DNA of 64,000 nucleotides from a virus (lineage: Duplodnaviria > Caudoviricetes). Of the stretch, positions 29,461 through 39,484 are shown one piece after another. Where the stretch lies: positions 1,747 to 65,746 of the IMG/VR virus record IMGVR_UViG_3300021958_011649. One strand, given 5' to 3'. The position numbers and the translations under genes are program-made. Positions within the stretch are counted from its first letter, which is position 1. Every line of letters begins with the position of its first letter. The notes below the pieces were generated by a model, which did not search any database, had not been told where the DNA came from, and saw only the letters and a list, made by a program, of their open reading frames with translations.

Positions 29461-30702
29461 CTATTTTATGAATATCAATTTTTCCAATTGAGAAAAAGTA
29501 TCTTTTAAACTCTTTGACTTCAATTTAACTAATTCTATACAATAACAGGGCACATAGTAAAAACTTTTATCATCTTTTTTCATTTTTATCATTCTTTTCC
29601 CAATATTTCTAAAGAATCTAAGAATATAATCTAGCTCTCTAATAAAATCATTTTCTTTAAACATTGCATCAGGAATATAGACTTTTATTGTTTTTGAATT
29701 AATGTTTCTTATTCTATCTCTTATTAAGCTTTTTGCATCTTCGCTTTGGCACTCATTAACTCTTTTTTGAAGAAAAAGTTTATGTTTTAAAATCTTAGAG
29801 TCATCACAAATCGGAGAAACTGAAACACCCATCCTCGAAAGAGTTAATTTACTTCCCGTTGGTAATTCTTTTCTAACCTCTTGGGATATTGTTTGTCCAA
29901 GTTTTGAAGAAACAACTCCCGAATTGTGAACTATTGCCAGATCATTTAAGATGTTAATCGTATTTTCATCAAAGGAAATAACAACAGGAAAAACCTCAGT
30001 TCTACCTTGGCTGTTGTTTTGAATAATGTTGTGTTTTACTTCTGGGGACATTCCAAAACAAAAAATAACATGAGGTATTTTAGTATTTCCTGCTTGGTGT
30101 AGAAGATGATGAATTTCACCTACAGATTCAATGTATCCATCAATTATAATAAACTTATAATTGTGCATTGTATGCTCGTTTTTGGACCCTAAAAAATCTG
30201 TATCATAATCAAAACTAAAAAAGACATTATCCTTCTTTTCAACAACGATGTCTGAGCCTTTTGATTTTTTAATTTCTATTAGGTTTTCAAGTGAAGCATT
30301 TTCAAAGAACCATTGAGCAAACTTTCTGTTACTTTCATATGTTAAGCTTTGACAAAAGTCTTTACACATTGACTTATTGTATAAAAAATATTCAAAATTC
30401 TTTACATTTAAGTCTTCAAAAAAGTCTTTAACAAATAAATCACCAAGAAAAGGATAGTTTTTCTCACATTCATCAAACTCTTTTCTAATTAGTGATTTAA
30501 GTTCTTGATACTGATGATTTCCATTGTTTTTGTTTAGATAGTTTAATGCGACATCAGAAATTACTTTTGAATTCTGATATAAACAATTAACGCTGGATGA
30601 AATGTTATTGTAATCATCCAGCGTTTTATTTAGAAAACTATCAACAAAATCTCTACTATATACTTCTTTTTTAAGAGTCTCTCCAGAGATTGTTTGACGC
30701 AT
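29461..30702 (-). CDS. Degenerate chaperonin (GroEL/Cpn60-like) protein
   Basis: Apical-domain-like IIIDGYIESVGEIHHLL...P.VIFC..MS..V...I..N....LNDLA; RDRIRNI...IKV; no GDGTTT motif. Confidence 0.55.
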   Translation of the reverse strand: MRQTISGETLKKEVYSRDFVDSFLNKTLDDYNNISSSVNCLYQNSKVISDVALNYLNKNNGNHQYQELKSLIRKEFDECEKNYPFLGDLFVKDFFEDLNVKNFEYFLYNKSMCKDFCQSLTYESNRKFAQWFFENASLENLIEIKKSKGSDIVVEKKDNVFFSFDYDTDFLGSKNEHTMHNYKFIIIDGYIESVGEIHHLLHQAGNTKIPHVIFCFGMSPEVKHNIIQNNSQGRTEVFPVVISFDENTINILNDLAIVHNSGVVSSKLGQTISQEVRKELPTGSKLTLSRMGVSVSPICDDSKILKHKLFLQKRVNECQSEDAKSLIRDRIRNINSKTIKVYIPDAMFKENDFIRELDYILRFFRNIGKRMIKMKKDDKSFYYVPCYCIELVKLKSKSLKDTFSQLEKLIFIK

Positions 30703-32605
30703 AAGTTAATATCTCCTCTGCTGAGTCTTCATTATACCCATAATCTTCTATTAATGTCAAAATCATTTCATTATATTTTTTCTTTTGGTCATCATCACGT
30801 GATTTACTCTTTGTAACGATTCTTGAAATGTCTTTAACTGACATAATGAGATATTGCTCAATGGCTTCTTTTAGAGGCCCATAAGACTTATAATTAATGG
30901 TCTCACCACGTCGCATCTTAGAGAACATGTAAGCTGTAACATCTGATCGGAAACCATCACGGCCAGAACCAACAACACCAATCATTTCCTCAATTGACTT
31001 CATGAATTTCTCATCTGGCTCTCTTTCTTCACGAGTAATCTTGTTCTTAACTTTTTGCTTTGTTGTATAACATTCAGCATTATCAAGATAAGAGTCAAAC
31101 AAAGATTGTGCTTGTTCTTCATATGCAGTAATAAAAGCTTTTGCGATTTCTGTCTCAAGAATCTTAAGATATTCTTCGCGAATAATCATTTGAAGAATTT
31201 CAAGATATTTCTTCTTTGTATCTTCAACAATGATTTGCTCTTTAACTTGCTTAATCATACTATCCATAACATTGATAGGAGTAATCATATCTTTGTCTGA
31301 ATCAGAAAGAGCAGCATCTAAAGCTTTCATAACGAAACGAGTTGAAATACCTTCCATTCCTTCATGCTTAGCTTCATCTTTAAGATCTTTAATATCAACC
31401 TTTTTAACACGGCCTTTCTCAATGATTGCTTCACCATTATAAATTTTCATTTTGGTAAGCAAGTCACATTTATTTGTTGCCTGAAGTCGACTCATAACTG
31501 AGAACATAGAAGCAACTTTAATAGAATGAGGTGCAATATGAGCATCTTTAAAATCTGAACGATTGATCATTTTCTCATAAATCTTCATTTCTTGTTCTAA
31601 CTCAAGAACATAAGGAACTTCGATTTTAAGAACCCTGTCCAAAATAGCTTCGTTAGTATGCTCTGATTTGAATCTGTTCCACTCTGATTCATTACAATGG
31701 GATAATATAACCCCGTCAAAATAAATCATGTCATTCTTACCTGGCGAGGGGACACGCTTTTCTTGCGTTGCTGTCAACATAGTGTGAAGGAATTCAATTT
31801 CATTCTTGAAAACCTCAACAAACTCAACAATACCTCTATTACCCACATTGAACGCTCCGTTAAGAGATAACACGCGAGGGTCGTCTTCTGGGTATAGGTC
31901 TAATTTTGAAATATCTTCAGTACCAATTAAAACACTAACATCTTGAGAATTAGCATCCATTGGTGGGACAACAGCAACACCCCTTCTACCACGCTGAGAA
32001 AAAGATGATTGTTTGACGGGGAAATCTTCATACTTTCCATCGAATTCTTCAATAAGTCTATGTCTACATATAGGACATAAGTCACCTTCAATGTGAACGC
32101 CTAGAAGCTCTTCGAATTTAGGTCTAAGTGACCTAGGTAATAAGTGTAGTGGCTCCTCTCTAATAGGACAACCATCTAGATGATAATGATTATCAGCATG
32201 CTCTAAAGAACTCTTGATTGATTCTACCAGGGCAGATTTTCCTGCACCAACAGGTCCCATAAGTAAAAGAACTTGACGGCTTTCTTCTCCTTTGTGAGCA
32301 GCTGACTTTAAGAACCTCATTAGCTTGTTAATAACTGATTCCATACCAAAAAAGTCTTTCTTGAAATAGTCATAAACTCTAATTTTTTCACCGTTATAAA
32401 CATCTCTGTATTCATCGTTGTCGACATCAACAGTTTTCATTCCAAAGTCTTTAATTGTTTCATAAAGGCGCTTATGTGCTAGTTTAACCTGTGCTGGGTC
32501 TTTCTGGATTTCTTCTAAATATTCTAAGAAAGTTCCAGAAAATTTTTCTTCTTTTTTTTCAGATCTTTGACTCTTAATTAAGTCTAAAAAATTCTTCTTT
32601 TTCAT
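30671..32605 (-). CDS. prkA: PrkA/YeaG AAA+ family ('serine protein kinase')
   Basis: FFGME, LLLMGPVGAGKS, GCPIREEPL, GNRGIVEFVEVFK, HCNESEW, APH, EGMEGISTRF. Confidence 0.93.
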   Translation of the reverse strand: MKKKNFLDLIKSQRSEKKEEKFSGTFLEYLEEIQKDPAQVKLAHKRLYETIKDFGMKTVDVDNDEYRDVYNGEKIRVYDYFKKDFFGMESVINKLMRFLKSAAHKGEESRQVLLLMGPVGAGKSALVESIKSSLEHADNHYHLDGCPIREEPLHLLPRSLRPKFEELLGVHIEGDLCPICRHRLIEEFDGKYEDFPVKQSSFSQRGRRGVAVVPPMDANSQDVSVLIGTEDISKLDLYPEDDPRVLSLNGAFNVGNRGIVEFVEVFKNEIEFLHTMLTATQEKRVPSPGKNDMIYFDGVILSHCNESEWNRFKSEHTNEAILDRVLKIEVPYVLELEQEMKIYEKMINRSDFKDAHIAPHSIKVASMFSVMSRLQATNKCDLLTKMKIYNGEAIIEKGRVKKVDIKDLKDEAKHEGMEGISTRFVMKALDAALSDSDKDMITPINVMDSMIKQVKEQIIVEDTKKKYLEILQMIIREEYLKILETEIAKAFITAYEEQAQSLFDSYLDNAECYTTKQKVKNKITREEREPDEKFMKSIEEMIGVVGSGRDGFRSDVTAYMFSKMRRGETINYKSYGPLKEAIEQYLIMSVKDISRIVTKSKSRDDDQKKKYNEMILTLIEDYGYNEDSAEEILTYASNNLWRDS

Positions 32606-32661
32606 GTTACCTCACGAATGTTGTTATCTCTAATCTAAATATATCATTAAAACTGTATTAG

Positions 32662-33981
32662 TTAAACTTCCCATAGTTCTTCTTCAACGATAGTGTAAAG
32701 TTTTACATCTCCGGAATTCCATAGGTTCTTAATGTGTTTAACTGTGTTGTCAGCATGACTTAAATCTAAATCTCTGCCATCATGCTCATGTTTTAAAACC
32801 AAAGTTCCATCACTTTCAACTCTATCAACATAAATGTGTGGTATTGTATTTATTCCTGTGTTTTTAATTAAATCATCACGAACACTTTTCCAATCGTCAT
32901 GATCAGCAACCTCAGAAATTACGACATCACCATTTTTCTCTGTCTGATGAGCGAAGAAATTTAACTCTCTATAATCTTCTTCTTCTAAAAACAATCTAAT
33001 AGCTGCTATGTCATCATGAATTTCTCTAACCTCAAAACATCTATCTAACCCTTCTTCTCTTTCTAGCTTTTGAAAAATATAGAAACCTAAATGATATGGG
33101 TTAACTCCTCCAATGTGAGGTCTAACAACTGCATTATGCATTTTCATAAATGGAACATGATATTTGTCATCAAGTCTAAGATCATGTAATATCTTGTAAT
33201 GCCAAAAAGAAGCCCAGCCTTCGTTTAATATTTTTGTTTTGATCTGTGGGATAAAATATTTGCTTTCATCTTTAACAATCTCAATTAAATCTGATTGCCA
33301 AGTTTTCCATGGGCCGCCGTATTCCAAAAGAAAAGCAAGAATATCGTGATCAGGCTCTAAAAGCATATTATCCAACATTCCAAAATCAATTGCCTGACCA
33401 CTTTGTTTTAACTGATTTAATTGATTAATTTTTGACTGTTTGATTTCTTGTCTAGTCTTTCTAGGAATATTATATCTTTGTGTCTGAAACCTGATTGTGT
33501 GTAAGTCATCTAAAAAGTTTTCAACTCTTTCTTGCCCAATCAAAGGATCTTCAACATAGTTTTGAATTCTTTTCTTAGCATTTCTCATTTTTGAAACAAC
33601 ATACTTTGGATCAGTATCGCTAAAACATCTATTGTTCTTAAAAAAGTCACTATGTCCAACACAATGTGCCATAATCAAAATCTGAAGATATAGCGGATTT
33701 TGCTCCATCAAGTAAGCAATTGATGGATTTGAATTAATAATCAACTCATAGGGTAGTCCAGACATGCCTTTGTTGTAGAAAAAATGCGTTCGTTCAAAAG
33801 ATTTACCGTAAGACCAATGGTTATAATGACTTGGCATTCCATGATATGCCATGTGTCCAATCATCTCATAGTAATCACAAATCTCATAACTAATCGGATG
33901 CCAATCTAAGCCATAACCATTTGCAATATCACAAATTGTATCATCCCACTTTTTTAAATCACTAAGTTTCCAATCACTCAT
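32662..33981 (-). CDS. spoVR: SpoVR/YcgB family protein
   Basis: GMPSHYNHWSYGKSF, YELIINSNP.IAYL, AHCVGHSDFFKNN, TKILNEGWASFWH, NPYHLG. Confidence 0.93.
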   Translation of the reverse strand: MSDWKLSDLKKWDDTICDIANGYGLDWHPISYEICDYYEMIGHMAYHGMPSHYNHWSYGKSFERTHFFYNKGMSGLPYELIINSNPSIAYLMEQNPLYLQILIMAHCVGHSDFFKNNRCFSDTDPKYVVSKMRNAKKRIQNYVEDPLIGQERVENFLDDLHTIRFQTQRYNIPRKTRQEIKQSKINQLNQLKQSGQAIDFGMLDNMLLEPDHDILAFLLEYGGPWKTWQSDLIEIVKDESKYFIPQIKTKILNEGWASFWHYKILHDLRLDDKYHVPFMKMHNAVVRPHIGGVNPYHLGFYIFQKLEREEGLDRCFEVREIHDDIAAIRLFLEEEDYRELNFFAHQTEKNGDVVISEVADHDDWKSVRDDLIKNTGINTIPHIYVDRVESDGTLVLKHEHDGRDLDLSHADNTVKHIKNLWNSGDVKLYTIVEEELWEV

Positions 33982-35150
33982 TATAATTTTCCCCCGAATA
34001 GTTTAGCAAATTCTGGCCAAACATCTGATTTTTCCAAAATCTTTAAAACTTTAAAACTACTATTTTTATTTTCAACAACTTCAAAAACCTTAGCCATTTC
34101 AGCACCCCAGAGATTGTGAGCTTTAATTTGAATATATCCTGATAATTGACTCATGTTTGCTAATTGTGTCATTAAGTCAACAGCTTTTTGGTTGTCTTCT
34201 GGCCAGTTTTCACCATCTGAACAGTGAAAGGTATAAATGTTCCAACTATTTGGATTATACCTTTCTTCAGTTATGTCTAATGCCATTTTAAGACCAGAAC
34301 TAATGTAAGTCCCGCCACTACTTCCCTTCTTAAAGAAATCATCTTCTGATACTTCTTGAGCTTCAGTTGAATGAGAAATAAAAACAGTTTCAACACTAGT
34401 GTATTTGTATCTAATAAATTGATATAGCAAAAACATAAAAGAACGAGCTAAAAACTTTTTATCTTTTGTCATTGAACCTGAGGTATCCATAATAAAATAA
34501 ATCACAGCATTTGTGATGGGTTTTTTAGTAACCTCAATGTGTTTATATTTTAAGTCATCTTCATGAAACGGAAATCTTTCACCTGACTCAGTATCAAAAG
34601 TTCCGTTTTTCTGAGCTCTTTTTTGTCTTCTAATTTTATTTTTAAGAGTTTCTTTTTTTGAAAGTCTAGTTCTAATGCCTTTTGAACGATAACCTTTTCT
34701 TTTAATTTTCTCAGCTACAACAGTTGTATTTGCTTTCTTTTCTAGATCAGGTAAATTGAGATCATCAAAAAGATATTTTGCTAATTCATCTAATGTTACT
34801 TCAACTTCGTAAAATTCTTCACCAGGCTCATTTCCAGGCTTATCAGGTTTTCCTCCCTGACCTTTTTGTCCCTTTTGACCCTTCTTGATAACTTGACCTT
34901 TTTTAATATCAGAACCTGGTGCAGCACCAACACCTTTACTTCCTTGTCCTCGACCATAAACAAACTGAAATTCTTTGATACCCCTGACAGGTATTTTAAT
35001 CTTTTTCTTTCCGTCTTGACCTATAATACTTTCTTCAGCAACAATGTCATGGATTCCTTCCTTGATAGCTTTCTCAATTTTCTCTTTATGACGTCTTCTA
35101 TCTGTAGCTGATCTATCTGCATTTGTACTGTGTTTCTTAAAAATTGACAT
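33981..35150 (-). CDS. yeaH: YeaH/YhbH (DUF444) VWA-domain protein
   Basis: DRRRH...I...I..IV.EESII, LFDDLNLPDL, F..DDLKY, MDTSGSM (MIDAS), GGTYISS, SDGENW. Confidence 0.92.
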   Translation of the reverse strand: MSIFKKHSTNADRSATDRRRHKEKIEKAIKEGIHDIVAEESIIGQDGKKKIKIPVRGIKEFQFVYGRGQGSKGVGAAPGSDIKKGQVIKKGQKGQKGQGGKPDKPGNEPGEEFYEVEVTLDELAKYLFDDLNLPDLEKKANTTVVAEKIKRKGYRSKGIRTRLSKKETLKNKIRRQKRAQKNGTFDTESGERFPFHEDDLKYKHIEVTKKPITNAVIYFIMDTSGSMTKDKKFLARSFMFLLYQFIRYKYTSVETVFISHSTEAQEVSEDDFFKKGSSGGTYISSGLKMALDITEERYNPNSWNIYTFHCSDGENWPEDNQKAVDLMTQLANMSQLSGYIQIKAHNLWGAEMAKVFEVVENKNSSFKVLKILEKSDVWPEFAKLFGGKL

Positions 35151-35242
35151 AAAAATTATTTCTCTTTGTTTGTTATAAGAATCTATTATAGAAATCTTAA
35201 TACATAATTATAATTATAAATAAATTAAGATGAGATTTAATA

Positions 35243-35938
35243 ATGAATAAAAATAATCCCCATTCCCATTCCTCAATTAAATTATTAAACGAAATAATTG
35301 AAGATTTACAAGTAATTTTTGAAAAAAATAAAAGAAAAAAGAAAGCAGAAGACAAACCTCATCCTACTCAGTACGGTGCCCCTCAGGGTAGTAAAAGAGA
35401 TAAAGCACTCGATAGATGCAAAAAACTTTACAAAGATGGTAAGACAAAAGAAGCAGCAAAGTGCAGAGATAACATGGAAAAGAAAGAAAGAGAAAAAAAG
35501 AGTTTTAAAAATACACCTAGGCCCGATACTAAGAAAAATGAATCTAAACTAGATCAGGATACATTAAGAGAATTGCTAGAAGAGATTTTAGAATTTGAAA
35601 AATTAGAATATGCACTTGGTGAAGTTGAAAACTTAGAGCAAGATGGTTTAGAATTGATTGATGAAAAAAAGAAACGCAAAAAGAAGAAAAAGAAAAAAGC
35701 TTCTAAAGGATTATCAGCTGCAGTAAAAAAATCACTTGATAAAAAAGCAGATAAAAGATGCTTAACACGTGGTTCTGTTTATTCAGAATTCAGAAAAGGT
35801 CTAGCTGCTTATCTCTCTTCAGGTTCTAGAAAAGGTATGACTGCTCATCAATGGGCACATGCAAGAGTTAACTCTGCAACTCCAAGCAAACCATGGGCAA
35901 CTGTTAAAAAGAGAAAAACGTGTCCGAAGAAGAAATAA
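35243..35938 (+). CDS. Lys-rich protein with DUF5824-like C-terminus
   Basis: RKGLAAYLSSGSR..TAHQWAHARVNS; internal leader-like NESKLDQDTLRELLEE. Confidence 0.6.
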   Translation: MNKNNPHSHSSIKLLNEIIEDLQVIFEKNKRKKKAEDKPHPTQYGAPQGSKRDKALDRCKKLYKDGKTKEAAKCRDNMEKKEREKKSFKNTPRPDTKKNESKLDQDTLRELLEEILEFEKLEYALGEVENLEQDGLELIDEKKKRKKKKKKKASKGLSAAVKKSLDKKADKRCLTRGSVYSEFRKGLAAYLSSGSRKGMTAHQWAHARVNSATPSKPWATVKKRKTCPKKK

Positions 35939-36294
35939 GAAAACTTATTAGAACTATTCTTCTAGAAAAAGGTGATCCTAAAGTAGGGACAGGTAAAAAA
36001 CCAAAAGGTTCAGGCAGAAGACTCTATACAGATGAAAATCCTAAAGATACAGTTCCCGTAAAGTTCAGAACAAAAGAAGATATACAAGATACATTTTCTT
36101 CAAAAGCTTTTAAGTCCAAAGACCACAAAAGACAATCACAAATTATTAATCTAGTACATCAACGTGTCAGAGCTGCATATAAAAACGCAAAAGACCCAGA
36201 TACCAAAAAAAGACTTAAAAGAGCACTTGATTACGCAGAAAAAAGAAAAGAATCAAGCAAGAAAAAAACAGAAAGAATGAGGAAGAAGAAATGA
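35920..36294 (+). CDS. Basic hypothetical protein with N-terminal leader
   Basis: MSEEEIRKLIRTILLE leader; GTGKKPKGSGRRLYTDENPKDTV. Confidence 0.7.
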   Translation: MSEEEIRKLIRTILLEKGDPKVGTGKKPKGSGRRLYTDENPKDTVPVKFRTKEDIQDTFSSKAFKSKDHKRQSQIINLVHQRVRAAYKNAKDPDTKKRLKRALDYAEKRKESSKKKTERMRKKK

Positions 36295-36929
36295 AAATAA
36301 CAAGAAAACAATTAAAAAAACTAATAGAATCCTTTCTTCAAGAAAAAATCTCAACAAAAACTATGAAGTGTCCAAAGTGCGGTACAATAAACGATTCTGG
36401 CATTGATAAGTGTTCAAATTGTGGTCATGATTATGATAAACCCTTTCAAGGAAGAGTTTGGAAAGAAGTTACAAAAGAAAATAAGAAATTAAAAATCTTC
36501 GAAAAAGTAAATAAATTCCTGTGTCCAGAACCAACAAAAAGTGTCGAACTTAACACCCTAAATAGAGATAAGGCCATCAGAGAAGATTTTATCAAATACG
36601 GCCCGCTTAATATTGAAGAGCCAGGTAACTATTGGAAAGAAATAGCAGAAAAATGGAACACAACTGAAAAAGCAGCAAAAAAGTCTCTTTGCGGTAATTG
36701 TGTTGCTTTTGACATAAGTCCACAAATGGAACAGTGCATGCCTGGTGACATTGAAGTAGACGATGATGGTGGTCGACTTGGATACTGTTGGATGCATCAC
36801 TTTAAATGTCATAGTTTAAGAACTTGTAACACTTGGGCAAAGGGTGGACCAATACAAACCGACGAAGTATCAAATACTTGGTTTGAGAAAAACTCTGAAG
36901 CAGCTCTTAAAAAAGACCCTATCGAATAG
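36291..36929 (+). CDS. Leader-bearing Cys-rich protein (zinc ribbon plus Cys-rich domain)
   Basis: MKITRKQLKKLIESFLQE; CPKC..CSNC; CGNC..YCWMHHFKC..C..WAKGGP. Confidence 0.75.
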   Translation: MKITRKQLKKLIESFLQEKISTKTMKCPKCGTINDSGIDKCSNCGHDYDKPFQGRVWKEVTKENKKLKIFEKVNKFLCPEPTKSVELNTLNRDKAIREDFIKYGPLNIEEPGNYWKEIAEKWNTTEKAAKKSLCGNCVAFDISPQMEQCMPGDIEVDDDGGRLGYCWMHHFKCHSLRTCNTWAKGGPIQTDEVSNTWFEKNSEAALKKDPIE

Positions 36930-37632
36930 TACTAAGATCTTTATCTAATATTTCGTCTTTTGTATCAAAAAGATCCTGTAACAAATTTTGACTTCTGATT
37001 ACTTTATACATGATGTTTTCATCAGAAAGTTCACCTGCTTTTTCCAAACCAGACTGTCTCATCTTCTTTAATTTCTTTATCATTTTATCGAGTGGCCTAG
37101 TGATGTTTCTTTCCCTAGCTTGTTTCAATGCAACTCTGATTTCTTTTGAAAGTTTCTCTGATTTCTTGGTTACATTGTCAACATCAAGTTCATCTTTAAA
37201 CTTTTTTGGTTTAACTAGCCACTTGTTATCTTGAACGCTATACACACCAGTCGAGGCATGATCTTCATCGTGTTTCTGCGGGTATATTTCAACCTCAATG
37301 TCTTTTAGCTCGATATCATGTCTATTATTCCAGAATGTCTTTTTTGCACTAAAAAACTCTTCAACTAAATCAAGATTATCGTCAACTGTGCCAAAATCAA
37401 TTACTAGATGTAAATCAATATCACTAAAAGGTGTGTAATTGTAATTAGCGTAAGAGCCAGTCATTGTAATGTCTATTACATCAACAGGCACACCAAGATA
37501 CTCTAAAAACTCATCAGCTATTTTTAGTAAAGCTTCTCTAAATTCAGGAAGAATCTCTTCGTCTTCATTCCATATCTTCTGTGACAACTTGCTGTGCGGT
37601 AGGTGTGCTGTCACTGTTTTCTTCAAACTCAT
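36919..37632 (-). CDS. Pol-beta-superfamily nucleotidyltransferase
   Basis: TGSYANYNYT.FSDIDLH (GS + DxD), EVEIY, GVYS. Confidence 0.8.
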   Translation of the reverse strand: MSLKKTVTAHLPHSKLSQKIWNEDEEILPEFREALLKIADEFLEYLGVPVDVIDITMTGSYANYNYTPFSDIDLHLVIDFGTVDDNLDLVEEFFSAKKTFWNNRHDIELKDIEVEIYPQKHDEDHASTGVYSVQDNKWLVKPKKFKDELDVDNVTKKSEKLSKEIRVALKQARERNITRPLDKMIKKLKKMRQSGLEKAGELSDENIMYKVIRSQNLLQDLFDTKDEILDKDLSTIR

Positions 37633-38551
37633 TTCCGTATAACTCTCTATATTTTAGTAATGATAGTTCTTTTGCCTTAGCTTCGATTACTACATCGATG
37701 CATTGACCATAAGTATCAATCTTGTCATAAATATAATCAGAATGAGCATTCGGGTTAACCTTTTTTCCTTCTTTTTCAGCAGCAGACTCTGAATAATGAC
37801 ACGTAGGTCTTACATCGCCCCAAGTTTTAACTGCTAGAGCCAAAGCTTCTTCAGTTGTTTGTCCACCTGTGCAAAATTTATGATGATGAAAGTCAAAAAC
37901 AATCGGAACTCCTGTTTTGAGATGAACCAAATCATAAAGCATGTTAGTTGAATACAGATTACCTTTATCATCATTTTCCACAGTTAATCGAGATTTAACA
38001 GATTCAGGAAGTTTTTCAAAGTTTTGACACCATCTATCAGTTGCTTTTTGATGGTCACCATAAGCTGCACCAACATGAATGTTGATTTTTGACCAATGAT
38101 TTCTGGGCATACCCATTAAATCAAATATTTCACCATGTGTGGTCAAGTCTTTAAAAGAATTTTCAACTACATTTTGCTTTGGTGATGCAAGAATATTAAA
38201 AGGACCAGGGTGAAAAGAAAGTCGAATACCATTTTCTCTTGCATACTCACCTGCAATTGCCAAATGCTTGCAAATTTCTGTATAATCAGGTAAGTCTTTT
38301 AAATTATATTCAGATGCCCAAGGAAATAGGCAGGACGTCATTCTGAACACTTTAACATTGTTATTCTTATTCCATTTAAGGATAGGTAAAAGATCAGCTA
38401 CATTCAGCTTGGCAAGGTGTGACGCATACTTTACGCCCTTTTGCTGGAATGTCCTTTTAATCATGCCGCGATTGTTGGTTATTTTGTTTTTGACAGAATT
38501 TTGAATTGACAGGTTGATGCATGCATAACCTAAATTGAGATTATTTTTCAC
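37565..38551 (-). CDS. uvsE: UV-damage endonuclease
   Basis: LGYACIN, FRMTS, RLSFHPGPF, INIHVG, RLTVENDD, FDFHHH, HYSES, AHSDY, IEAKAKE. Confidence 0.93.
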   Translation of the reverse strand: MKNNLNLGYACINLSIQNSVKNKITNNRGMIKRTFQQKGVKYASHLAKLNVADLLPILKWNKNNNVKVFRMTSCLFPWASEYNLKDLPDYTEICKHLAIAGEYARENGIRLSFHPGPFNILASPKQNVVENSFKDLTTHGEIFDLMGMPRNHWSKINIHVGAAYGDHQKATDRWCQNFEKLPESVKSRLTVENDDKGNLYSTNMLYDLVHLKTGVPIVFDFHHHKFCTGGQTTEEALALAVKTWGDVRPTCHYSESAAEKEGKKVNPNAHSDYIYDKIDTYGQCIDVVIEAKAKELSLLKYRELYGNEFEENSDSTPTAQQVVTEDME

Positions 38552-38593
38552 AATTGTTACCTTTAGAGAATAAGTAAATTTAGGGGAACTAAA

Positions 38594-39442
38594 ATGATTA
38601 GATTAGTCAAAATAATTCGGGGGGTTGCTGTGTTCTTTTTTATTATATTCTTTTGTTTTTTAAGTTGCACGCGTATCAGTAAAGTTGAAGTTTACAATAA
38701 TCACTCAAATAAAATGGAAAGGACACTAGCTAATCACTATTCGTCACCTTTTCCAAATGAAAACTTTGTGCATCTTAAAAAATATTTACTTTTAGATGAT
38801 GAAGGTTTTATCTGCAGTGATTCTGACAAATTATCAGAATGCGGTCAAAACGAAGCACTAGTATATACTTCAGCATCAGGAGGAGTTGTAAAGAGAACTA
38901 AAGATTCAATAAAGATTCTCACAGCTGCTCACTGGTGTGTTGAAGGTGAAAACGATTCAGAAACAATAAGAAACACCATTGAAGGTTCACTTTTGGAAGA
39001 AGGTGAAAAACCAATGTATTTTTTAACAGGTGACTTTTTTGGGAAAAGAGAAAAAGTAGAAATTTTAAGTGTTGATATGGAAAATGATCTATGCTTGCTA
39101 GAAATGAAATCTGAGTTCTCAAAAAGAGCTAAAAATATAAAAATAGCAAAAAAAGAGCCCACAATTGGTGAAAAAGTACATACCATTGCTGCACCTGAAG
39201 GTCTTAACGGTTTCAATCTAAGACTCCATTTCGAAGGGAGATATGCAGGTTGTACAAACGAAGTTGAAGGTTTTATGTGCTTATATTCTATTCCTGGTAC
39301 TTACGGAACTTCTGGAAGTTTAGTTTTAAACGAAAGAGGCGAGTTAGTAGGTGTAATTTCAGTTGCAATTATCTCTTTTAATGACGTCACAGGTGGTCCA
39401 CATCTTTATCAGATACAAAGTTTTCTAGATCAAAACCTATAA
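38594..39442 (+). CDS. Trypsin-like serine protease with lipoprotein-like signal
   Basis: ILTAAH, NDLCLL, GTSGS triad motifs; hydrophobic N-terminus ending FLSC. Confidence 0.85.
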   Translation: MIRLVKIIRGVAVFFFIIFFCFLSCTRISKVEVYNNHSNKMERTLANHYSSPFPNENFVHLKKYLLLDDEGFICSDSDKLSECGQNEALVYTSASGGVVKRTKDSIKILTAAHWCVEGENDSETIRNTIEGSLLEEGEKPMYFLTGDFFGKREKVEILSVDMENDLCLLEMKSEFSKRAKNIKIAKKEPTIGEKVHTIAAPEGLNGFNLRLHFEGRYAGCTNEVEGFMCLYSIPGTYGTSGSLVLNERGELVGVISVAIISFNDVTGGPHLYQIQSFLDQNL

Positions 39443-39465
39443 AGCCAAATAATTATTAACATTAT

Positions 39466-39473
39466 TATTTATA
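39466..39473 (+). promoter_or_regulatory. TA(N)TTAT(A) motif, candidate late promoter (one example of about 8)
   Basis: Sense-strand TATTTATA 11 nt before the ATG; the same or variant motif precedes starts at 35243, 47038, 48266, 52180, 54160, 56319 and 58534. Confidence 0.45.
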
Positions 39474-39484
39474 AAGGCTTTAAA

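Noticed and set aside
30671-35150. Reading spoVR/prkA/yhbH and the Sps-like sugar genes as evidence for a spore-forming host
   Set aside because: These families are widespread in non-sporulating bacteria, and the c-type cytochrome lipoprotein points more to a Gram-negative host
35670-35700. Poly-Lys runs (KKKRKKKKKK) here and at 39540 and 43860 as nuclear localisation signals
   Set aside because: Bacterial-type context; more simply explained as DNA-binding basic tracts or A-rich low complexity
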